From Armatimonadota bacterium (GTDB lineage: Bacteria; Armatimonadota; UBA5829; DTLH01): DNA of 11,694 bases. A program made the position numbers and the translations under genes. Within the stretch, counting starts at the first letter, position 1, and each line of letters begins with the position of its first letter. The stretch lies in NCBI GenBank assembly GCA_038207085.1, contig JBBRAE010000055.1, forward strand, positions 1 through 11,694, in the 5' to 3' direction. Under the pieces are notes generated by a model. That model made no database searches and was not told the DNA's origin. It worked only from the letters and a program-made list of their open reading frames with translations. Below are positions 1 to 6,661 of this stretch, one piece after another.

Positions 1-2082
1 GCGATAGCCGTCCCGGTGACCCTTTCGCTCACGCTCCTGGTGTTCTACCTCTACGGATATACGCTCAACCGTATAACACTATTTGCCCTAATCTTTAGCA
101 TAGGTATACTCGTAGACGATGCAATCGTGGTCGTCGAGAACATCGTCCGCCACTTCAGGATGCCTCAGAACCATGGGAGGCCGATTGTTGAGGTGGCCTC
201 GGAGGCCGTTGACGAGGTAGGTAACCCGACCATTCTTGCCACGTTCGCCGTTATAGCCGCGATCTTGCCAATGGCGTTTGTCGGTGGACTTATGGGACCG
301 TATATGCGGCCCATTCCTATCGGCGCATCGGCTGCGATGATGTTTTCGCTTCTCATTGCGTTTATTGTCTCGCCGTGGGCGGCTTTTCGGCTGCTCCGAA
401 GTGAGGCTGACCACAGTGGAACCCACGAACACGCCGGTGGAGAGGCTGAGGGCTGGACAACTAAGCTTTATCGCAAGGCGATGACTCCACTGCTCACAAG
501 CAGACTGGCACGAACCGTGTTTCTGGGTGGGGTTGTAGTACTGCTGCTCGGAGCAATGTCGCTTGTGGCATTAAAGATTGTTACAGTTAAGATGCTGCCC
601 TTTGACAACAAGAGCGAGTTCCAGGTGATCATTGATATGCCCGAAGGGACGACGCTTGAAGAGACCGCCACTGTCACCAATGCTATCGGCAGCTACATAA
701 AGACCGTTCCCGAGGTGACTGACTACGAGTCTTACGTCGGTACCGCAAGTCCGTATAACTTCAACGGCCTCGTACGCCACTACTTCATGAGAAGTGGTGC
801 GAACGTTTCCGATCTTCAGGTGAACCTGGTCGGCAAACACGACCGCAAGGCCCAGAGCCACGATATTGCAAAGCGCATTCGTCCCCACGTCCAGGAGATA
901 GCGCGCCGCTACGGCGCTCGCGTAAAGATCGCGGAGGTTCCGCCGGGTCCGCCTGTACTTCAGACGCTCGTAGCTGAGGTCTATGGCCCGGACTACAAAC
1001 GTCAGATAGAGGTAGCGCGCCAGGTCAAGGGTATCTTCGAGAGCACTGAAGGCGTTGCCGATACCGACTGGTATGTCGAGGACGACCAGCCGAAATACAG
1101 GTTCGTCTTGGACAAAGAGAAGGCCGCACTGAACGGGGTCTCGACCGAGCAGGCTGCACAGACACTGCAGCTTGCGGTAGGTGGCTACAAGGGTGAACTT
1201 GCCCATCAGCCTACTTCAAGCGAGGACGTGAATATCGACCTTAGACTGCCGGTTTCCGAGCGATCCAGCGTCTCGGACTTAGAACAGATAGAATTGCAGT
1301 CCTCAAACGGCAAACTCGTCCCCTTGAGTGAACTGGTGCACGTCGAAGAGACCACGACGGACAAGAGTATCTACCATAAGAACCTGATGCCGGTCGTTTA
1401 CGTGACGGGCGACGTATCAGGCCGTCAGGAGAGCCCGGTCTACGTTATCCTCAAGATGAACAAGGCAATCGAGAAGCTGAAGATTCCCGAGGGCTACAAG
1501 GTCCAGGCTCTGACCACACACCAACCCCTCTCCTCGGACAAGCTTGCGATGAAGTGGGACGGCGAGTGGTTTATCACCTATGAGGTGTTCCGTGACCTCG
1601 GACTTGCCTTCGCGGCAGTGTTGATTATCATCTATATTCTCGTAGTGGCATGGTTCCAGTCGTTCACGATTCCCCTTGTCATAATGGCGCCGATTCCGCT
1701 CACGCTTGTCGGGATACTGCCCGCACACGCGTTGATGGGAGCGTTCTTCACGGCTACGTCGATGATTGGCTTCATTGCTGGAGCCGGGATTATCGTCCGC
1801 AACTCGATCATCCTGGTCGACTTCATTGAGCTTAGGATAAAGCAGGGGATGCCGCTCAAAGAGGCCGTCATAGACGCCGGAGCGGTGCGATTCCGGCCGA
1901 TGCTCCTGACGGCAGCCGCTGTTATGGTCGGGGCGAGCGTGATTCTCTTTGACCCTATATTCCAGGGGCTTGCCATATCGCTGATGGCTGGAGAGGTCGC
2001 CTCGACGCTGCTTTCCAGGATGGCAGTGCCAGTGCTCTACCATATGCTGAAGACCAGAGAAATGAAGAAAGCGAGCGCATAG
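1..2082 (+). CDS. Efflux RND transporter permease subunit (AcrB/AcrD/AcrF family), 5'-partial
   Basis: Frame is open from base 1 (AIAVPVT...), so the true start lies upstream of the window. RND motifs: TM4 [33 protein letters not shown] periplasmic loop, TM10 [21 protein letters not shown]. Confidence 0.95.
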   Translation, partial: AIAVPVTLSLTLLVFYLYGYTLNRITLFALIFSIGILVDDAIVVVENIVRHFRMPQNHGRPIVEVASEAVDEVGNPTILATFAVIAAILPMAFVGGLMGPYMRPIPIGASAAMMFSLLIAFIVSPWAAFRLLRSEADHSGTHEHAGGEAEGWTTKLYRKAMTPLLTSRLARTVFLGGVVVLLLGAMSLVALKIVTVKMLPFDNKSEFQVIIDMPEGTTLEETATVTNAIGSYIKTVPEVTDYESYVGTASPYNFNGLVRHYFMRSGANVSDLQVNLVGKHDRKAQSHDIAKRIRPHVQEIARRYGARVKIAEVPPGPPVLQTLVAEVYGPDYKRQIEVARQVKGIFESTEGVADTDWYVEDDQPKYRFVLDKEKAALNGVSTEQAAQTLQLAVGGYKGELAHQPTSSEDVNIDLRLPVSERSSVSDLEQIELQSSNGKLVPLSELVHVEETTTDKSIYHKNLMPVVYVTGDVSGRQESPVYVILKMNKAIEKLKIPEGYKVQALTTHQPLSSDKLAMKWDGEWFITYEVFRDLGLAFAAVLIIIYILVVAWFQSFTIPLVIMAPIPLTLVGILPAHALMGAFFTATSMIGFIAGAGIIVRNSIILVDFIELRIKQGMPLKEAVIDAGAVRFRPMLLTAAAVMVGASVILFDPIFQGLAISLMAGEVASTLLSRMAVPVLYHMLKTREMKKASA

Positions 2083-2084
2083 AA

Positions 2085-2213
2085 ATGCCCGTACACCTTC
2101 CGAAGAAGATACTCTGTCCGGTCGACCTCAGTGACCGGTCCATCGCCGTGCTTAGCTATGCTGGCAGTCTGGCCAAAAGCCTGGGGGCAAGCGTGACGGT
2201 GCTGTACCGGTAA
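2085..2213 (+). pseudogene. Truncated universal stress protein (Usp family), N-terminal 42 codons
   Basis: ATG 2 nt after the RND stop; reads MPVHLPKKILCPVDLSDRSIAVLSYAGSLAKSLGASVTVLYR then TAA TAG. This fits the Usp beta1-alpha1-beta2 pattern (KxILxPxDxSxxSxxALxYAxxLAKxxGAxVxxLH). Too short to appear in the ORF track. Confidence 0.8.
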
Positions 2214-2237
2214 TAGTGGTACGTGCCGGGAGGGCAG

Positions 2238-2534
2238 AAGGATGATCCGGGCCTGAGGCATTCTTGCGCGGATAAGCCTTATCGCTATCCGGAGCGCGCT
2301 GTATAAGCCTCTGGTAGGGCCAGAATTGCCAGGACGAAGCAGGGAGGCAAGTATTCTCTGCCTGCCGTCATCTCCTGTTATATGGACGTGCACCGGCAGA
2401 TAGCAGTGACATCCGTAGTGGCCATTGAAGAACTCGAACTCCTGCTGACCATGAACCGGGTCCTCCGTCGGGTCTACGTCTATGATAACCCTCCGCATCC
2501 CTTTTGGAAGCTGAGATATGACTCGGTCCGGCAA
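2238..2534 (-). mobile_element. Internal fragment of an IS1380-family DDE transposase (IS remnant/pseudogene)
   Basis: Translation RVIIDVDPTEDPVHGQQEFEFFNGHYGCHCYLP...LLRPGN...ARIIL matches the IS1380 (DDE_Tnp_1_4) pattern. Similarity breaks where the RxDSGF motif is expected, the N-terminus is missing, and no terminal IRs are seen nearby. Confidence 0.85.
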
Positions 2535-2599
2535 AGCGTGGTCTTGTGAAGCTGCACTCCCACATCAATTTCTCAGCAATAATCGGTTGTAGCAAGCAA

Positions 2600-2615
2600 C
2601 GGCACGACTCTTGCA
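2600..2615 (+). promoter_or_regulatory. Sigma54 (RpoN) -24/-12 promoter upstream of the PEP-CTERM gene
   Basis: CGGCACG-ACTC-TTGCA versus consensus TGGCACG-N4-TTGCW: one mismatch, exact spacing, about 90 nt upstream of the ATG at 2703. Confidence 0.7.
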
Positions 2616-2702
2616 CGTGTATACATTGCGGGAGTGCCTAATGTTCGCCGGCTGTCCGGTGATTTGATCGTTTCGCAGCCTGTATTGTGGAGGTTATTAG
2701 AT

Positions 2703-3350
2703 ATGCTAAGAAGACTCTTGTTGCCGTTTGTGATCGCGGCGTTTGCTTCCGGCGGCGTGGTTTGCGCATCTGAAACTTGGACGGCGTTTGTAAATCCAGG
2801 CAATCCAGCCGCGCCCGGATCAACGAGCGACATAACTTTCAGCCTGGACAACGGACGCCTGTCACTCAACAGCTCGACGATAACGACCGTCGGCGGGTCG
2901 AGCTCAATGACGTATTCGCTTCAGCTATCCGGGCTCTGGGCGGTCTGCGGCACGATGGACGAAGAGGGAAGTTTTACGGCAGACCCCTACGCCACATTCC
3001 TGCAGGACGAACTGGGCGGGACCGTGAACTGGAGCATCAACACCCCGAGCATCTGGACGACCAACCTCGTGCTGGGCGGCTCGTTTCCAGACGGCGGCGC
3101 ATCCTATTGCGGTAACTGGTGGGGGACCGGGCTTCCGTCGGTTGATGGCACCATGGTTATCGAGAAGCGACAGACCATGTACCAGAGCAACGTGACGTAT
3201 CAGCGCCTTGACGGTCACGCTTTTGCAATATCGTCCGGACCGACCGTATCATTTACGCCTCCTGTGCCGGAGCCTTCCAGCATCGTTGGGCTTGCTCTGG
3301 CGATTGGAACTGTGGCCGGCGCGGCAAAGAAACGCATCGCACGAGCATAA
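2703..3350 (+). CDS. PEP-CTERM sorting domain-containing protein (215 aa)
   Basis: SD GGAGGT at 2689-2694 favours ATG 2703 over the ORF-track start 2634. Signal peptide MLRRLLLPFVIAAFASGGVVCA; Ser/Thr/Gly-rich body; C-terminal VPEPSS + hydrophobic helix + basic tail KKRIARA. Confidence 0.9.
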   Translation: MLRRLLLPFVIAAFASGGVVCASETWTAFVNPGNPAAPGSTSDITFSLDNGRLSLNSSTITTVGGSSSMTYSLQLSGLWAVCGTMDEEGSFTADPYATFLQDELGGTVNWSINTPSIWTTNLVLGGSFPDGGASYCGNWWGTGLPSVDGTMVIEKRQTMYQSNVTYQRLDGHAFAISSGPTVSFTPPVPEPSSIVGLALAIGTVAGAAKKRIARA

Positions 3351-3367
3351 CCAAGGTTGCTCGGTTG

Positions 3368-3376
3368 TGCTATTAT
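3368..3376 (+). promoter_or_regulatory. Possible extended -10 promoter for the export gene
   Basis: TGcTATTAT fits TGn-TATAAT with one mismatch; no recognisable -35 element. Confidence 0.3.
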
Positions 3377-3393
3377 AGATGGTAGTAATGACG

Positions 3394-3460
3394 GCTGACT
3401 TTCGGCACATTATCTGAATGGCTAGCCGCAAACTTATGTGCCGAACATTCATAAGTCGGT
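3394..3460. repeat. Inverted-repeat / stem-loop element in the leader of the export gene
   Basis: Perfect 10-bp IR TTCGGCACAT (3401-3410)/ATGTGCCGAA (3436-3445), extended by GCTGACT (3394-3400)/AGTCGGT (3454-3460) with two G-U pairs. Confidence 0.6.
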
Positions 3461-3502
3461 AACTTGCGCGTTCTTTGGGACGGAGCAAGAGGAGGTAGTT
3501 CG

Positions 3503-4630
3503 TTGAAGAGAATGCAACAACTGATGGCCTTTGCATTGCTGGCCCTGCTGTTCACAGCGGTTCCACTTTGCGCGGATGGCTCCAGGCTCTCCGTGGGGGA
3601 TATTGTATCGATCTCTGTCGATGGAGAAGCCGAGATGTCCAAGGCCTACCAGCTTGACCGCTCAGGCTCGATCACTATGCCTATGATCGGACCGGTCAAA
3701 CTGAGCGGTATGAGCACCTCTGACGCGACCGCCGGGATCACGCAAGCGCTTACCAAGGTGCTTGTGAACCCACAGGTCACAGTAACGTTCGTCGAGCGTG
3801 CCAAGATGCAGGTGTTTGTGGTCGGACAGGTAAAAACCCCAGGGCTGATAACGATCGGCGTCGGCGACAGAGTGGTTCAGGCGCTCGCGCAGGCCGGTTA
3901 TGATGATACCGCGGACCTCGCCATGGTCAGCGTGCGGCGAGGAACCCAGGCAATAAACCTGGACCTCACCAAGTACCTAAAAGGCGAAGACCTGTCGGTC
4001 AATATTGAACTCGAATCCGAGGACACTATCGTCGTCCCTCAAGTCGACTTGATAGGGTACGTTATGGTGAACGGTCAGGTCGAGAGAATCGGCAGGATTC
4101 AGCTCAAGCGCAATATGACATTCAGGGAAGCTATCGGGCTCGCCGGTGGAGTCACCGTCGAGGCAGACACCGATAACATAGATGTCAAACGAGAAGGCGT
4201 CGCGGAGCCGATCAAGATCAACTATCGTCAGGCCATAGACGGAACGCCTTCCGCTGACATTGTATTGCAGCCCGGCGACACCATTTATGTCAAACAGCTC
4301 GAAACGTCGTTCTTCACGGTTATGGGCGCGGTAAACAAGCCTGGGCAATACCCACTGAAGGGCAAGCTTACGTTGACAGAGGCCATTGGTCTCGCGGGCG
4401 GGACTATCCCCAAGGTGTCCGACATGAAAAATACGTCCATAGTCAGGGGGGACATCAAAGGGAAGCCCAGCAACGCTACCAAGATCAACCTGAACGATGT
4501 TATGAGCTGTGCTGCGGAAGACCCCGTAATCCAGCGCGGCGACGTGATCTATGTAAAAGACCGCAAAGAGAAAGCAAGCGTCCTCCAGATGATACAGCAA
4601 GCGCTGCCGTTTATGTGGATATTCAAATAG
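3503..4630 (+). CDS. Polysaccharide biosynthesis/export protein (OPX/Wza-like; Poly_export + three SLBB domains)
   Basis: SD GAGGAGGT at 3489-3496 favours TTG 3503 (ATG 3512 is an alternative). Poly_export motif LSVGDIVSISV...GSITMPMIGPVKLSGMS...VLVNPQVTV; three SLBB repeats (VFVVGQVKTPG, VMVNGQVERIG, FTVMGAVNKPGQY) ending in LESEDTIVV, LQPGDTIYV and IQRGDVIYV. Confidence 0.9.
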   Translation: MKRMQQLMAFALLALLFTAVPLCADGSRLSVGDIVSISVDGEAEMSKAYQLDRSGSITMPMIGPVKLSGMSTSDATAGITQALTKVLVNPQVTVTFVERAKMQVFVVGQVKTPGLITIGVGDRVVQALAQAGYDDTADLAMVSVRRGTQAINLDLTKYLKGEDLSVNIELESEDTIVVPQVDLIGYVMVNGQVERIGRIQLKRNMTFREAIGLAGGVTVEADTDNIDVKREGVAEPIKINYRQAIDGTPSADIVLQPGDTIYVKQLETSFFTVMGAVNKPGQYPLKGKLTLTEAIGLAGGTIPKVSDMKNTSIVRGDIKGKPSNATKINLNDVMSCAAEDPVIQRGDVIYVKDRKEKASVLQMIQQALPFMWIFK

Positions 4631-4654
4631 TTCTGTTTTGTGGCAAAACGGAAC
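4630..4654 (+). terminator. Stem-loop directly after the export gene stop (possible terminator or mRNA stabiliser)
   Basis: GTTCTGTTTTG-tgg-CAAAACGGAAC: 11-bp stem with one G-U pair; no downstream U tract. Confidence 0.4.
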
Positions 4655-4754
4655 CGCGACAAACAGCCGACTCGGGATAACTCACAAACATATCAATTTG
4701 GAAACGGGGCAGGCTGAATAATTCGAACTTTGGCAGGCACAAATACCGGTTTTT

Positions 4755-4777
4755 GTTGATCTGATTACAAAATCAGC
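4755..4777. promoter_or_regulatory. Candidate transcription-factor dyad site GYTGAT-N11-ATCAGC
   Basis: GTTGAT-ctgattacaaa-ATCAGC ends 9 nt upstream of a TTGACA -35 box; the same arrangement occurs at 11420-11442. Confidence 0.4.
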
Positions 4778-4786
4778 AAATCGTCA

Positions 4787-4816
4787 TTGACAGGCGAATG
4801 CTTGGCTGGCTACACT
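4787..4816 (+). promoter_or_regulatory. Sigma70-type promoter for the small VPELP protein gene
   Basis: TTGACA (4787-4792), 18-nt spacer, TACACT (4811-4816). Confidence 0.6.
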
Positions 4817-4944
4817 GAATTTGTAATGGCTCAGATCGAGATTCGAACGGAACTTGGGTGAATCTGCGTTTCGCAAAGATGCTTGCGTAGAGTCGAACTT
4901 TGACATCTCCCGGAACTAGTATCGGAATTCGGTTGTGAAGGGAG

Positions 4945-5208
4945 GTGAAAGTTATTAATCGCAAGCTTACAATCATCGCTGCAGGTGCAGCACTGCTCCT
5001 GGTTGCGGGAATCGCTACCAGCTTTGCTACCGACTTCGGTGGCAGCGGCTGGACTGCTGACGCTACCGGCGCGACAACGTCAAGATCTTATTCGGTCAGC
5101 GACGCTACCGTTACCTACATTCCTCCGGTTCCGGAGTTGCCTGTCGCTGCTCTCGCACCGATCGGACTCGGCGTTCTTGCCGCAGTTAAAAAAAGATTCT
5201 ACGCGTAA
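4945..5208 (+). CDS. Small secreted protein with PEP-CTERM-like (VPELP) sorting signal, 84-87 aa
   Basis: Signal peptide NRKLTIIAAGAALLLVAGIATSFA, 33-aa Ser/Thr-rich segment, then VPELP + hydrophobic stretch + KKRFYA. GTG 4945 lies inside the SD (GGAGGTG), so the start may instead be ATT 4954. Confidence 0.85.
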   Translation: MKVINRKLTIIAAGAALLLVAGIATSFATDFGGSGWTADATGATTSRSYSVSDATVTYIPPVPELPVAALAPIGLGVLAAVKKRFYA

Positions 5209-5229
5209 TATCGCGTGAATATTGACTGT

Positions 5230-5267
5230 GCCGCACATCTGCAATTTTGGGGTGTGCGGCTTCTTTT
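5230..5267 (+). terminator. Rho-independent terminator after the small VPELP gene
   Basis: GCCGCACATC...GGTGTGCGGC 10-bp GC-rich stem (one G-U) followed by TTCTTTT. Confidence 0.75.
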
Positions 5268-5318
5268 GACAGTGTTATAAGTTAATTGCCGTTATTGAGT
5301 TCCAGCATTTGTTCCTAA

Positions 5319-5391
5319 CCCGCATTATTCACGAGTAGCGTGAATAATGCTCTGTTAGCGAACGCTTTATTCGCTTCACGAATAAAGCGGG
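5319..5391. mobile_element. 73-bp MITE/REPIN-like nested palindrome, copy 1
   Basis: Terminal IRs CCCGCATTATTC/GAATAAAGCGGG (11/12), flanked by CTAA direct repeats (5315-5318, 5392-5395). Two perfect internal hairpins of 12 and 11 bp. Second copy at 11488-11558. Confidence 0.75.
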
Positions 5392-5456
5392 CTAAGCTGC
5401 GTGCTTGTCAAATTAGTATCTGAAACTCAATAGTTTCGGCCAGGTGATACCCGCGT

Positions 5457-6653
5457 ATGAGACTTCTGTTCCTCGCACATTTGCTTCCGCTGCCTCTTGA
5501 CTCCGGTGGAAAGATAAAGTCGTTCTATACGTTAAGAGCGCTCGCGAAAGAGCACGAGGTGCATCTGCTCACATATGTGAGACACGATGAGGAGAATGAG
5601 CTCGCCGAGGAGCTTCGGGCTTTCTGCTCGTCCGTCCGGACGGTGCCACTCGTCCGATCAGGCTTGCGGCAGACTTGCGATCTCACGGGGTCGCTTCTTT
5701 TGGGTCGATCGTTCATTGTCAGCAGGGACGACAGGGCAGAGATGCGAAAAGCCGTCGAGGAGGCTGTATCCCTTGTGCAGCCGGAAGTTGTTCACATTGA
5801 CCACCTCCAGATGGCACAATTTGTTGGAAAGAGTCCGACATACGATATAGTGCTCGATCAGCACAATGTTGAGTCGCGGATCATCAGGCGCATCGCCGAA
5901 ACGTCGGGTTCCTGGGGAATGAAAGGGTACGCCAGACTGGAGTGGCCCAAGCTCCAAAAGTTCGAGATTGAATCGTGCAGAAAGGCCGATGTCATACTCA
6001 CCGTGAGCGACGAAGACGCCGCAACGCTCCGAGGCCTTGACGCGCGAATCGGCCCGGTCAGCGCAGTTCCCATAGGCGTCGATGTAGAATATTTTCAGCC
6101 GATACCTATCAGGCGCGAATCGAAGAACATGCTGTCGATTGCAACCATGCACTGGCCTCCGAATATCGACTCTATGCTGTACTTTTGTTCGGAGATTCTG
6201 CCGATCATAAGAGAGCGCGTCCCGGACTCCACGCTGACCATCGCCGGGCAGCGACCGTCGCAGGAGATCCTCGCGCTTGAGAGGCTTCCCGGCGTGCGCG
6301 TCACGGGGTACGTCGACGATGTACGGGAGCTTGCCGCCGACTGTGGGACGTTTATCGTGCCTCTGCGCTCTGGGAGTGGCGTGCGGGTGAAGATACTGAA
6401 CGCGCTTGCGATGGGGCTGCCGGTGGTGTCTACGTCAGTAGGCTCCGAAGGGCTCCAAGTCGAAAATGGCAGGCACGCGATCATCGCGGACACTCCATTG
6501 GAGTTTGCCGAAGGCGTCGTAAAGCTGCTGAAGAACCGGGAACTGGCCGCGGAGCTTGGCGCGAACGGGCGCAGTCTCGTGTGCGAACAATACTCATGGG
6601 GAGCAATTGGAGAGAGACTGCTCGACACGTATCGTCGCAGCATTTCAAGATAA
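5457..6653 (+). CDS. Glycosyltransferase family 4 protein (resembles PEP-CTERM-associated Stp1-type sugar transferases)
   Basis: MRLLFLAHLLPLPLDSGGKI N-terminus, DQHNVE, and VPLRSGSGVRVKILNALAMGLPVVSTSVGSEG donor-binding region; SD AGGTGA at 5442-5447. Confidence 0.9.
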   Translation: MRLLFLAHLLPLPLDSGGKIKSFYTLRALAKEHEVHLLTYVRHDEENELAEELRAFCSSVRTVPLVRSGLRQTCDLTGSLLLGRSFIVSRDDRAEMRKAVEEAVSLVQPEVVHIDHLQMAQFVGKSPTYDIVLDQHNVESRIIRRIAETSGSWGMKGYARLEWPKLQKFEIESCRKADVILTVSDEDAATLRGLDARIGPVSAVPIGVDVEYFQPIPIRRESKNMLSIATMHWPPNIDSMLYFCSEILPIIRERVPDSTLTIAGQRPSQEILALERLPGVRVTGYVDDVRELAADCGTFIVPLRSGSGVRVKILNALAMGLPVVSTSVGSEGLQVENGRHAIIADTPLEFAEGVVKLLKNRELAAELGANGRSLVCEQYSWGAIGERLLDTYRRSISR

Positions 6654-6661
6654 ATACTGAG

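Noticed and set aside
2037..2237. C-terminal part of the 165-aa minus-strand ORF as transposase
   Set aside because: It is the antisense of the usp remnant and the RND 3' end, with no transposase motifs.
3428..3443. Minus-strand sigma54 promoter CGGCACATAAGTTTGC
   Set aside because: GG-to-GC spacing is one base too long, and sigma54 spacing is strict.
4723..4905. Direct repeat TCGAACTTTGRCA (4723-4735, 4893-4905) and GAACTT words as ECF sigma promoters
   Set aside because: No correctly spaced -10 element found; a short repeat that could arise by chance.
5266..5295. TTGACA after the terminator as the glycosyltransferase operon promoter
   Set aside because: No acceptable -10 hexamer at 16-18 nt spacing.
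5319..5391. CRISPR array
   Set aside because: Only two copies 6 kb apart, no spacer periodicity and no cas genes in the window.
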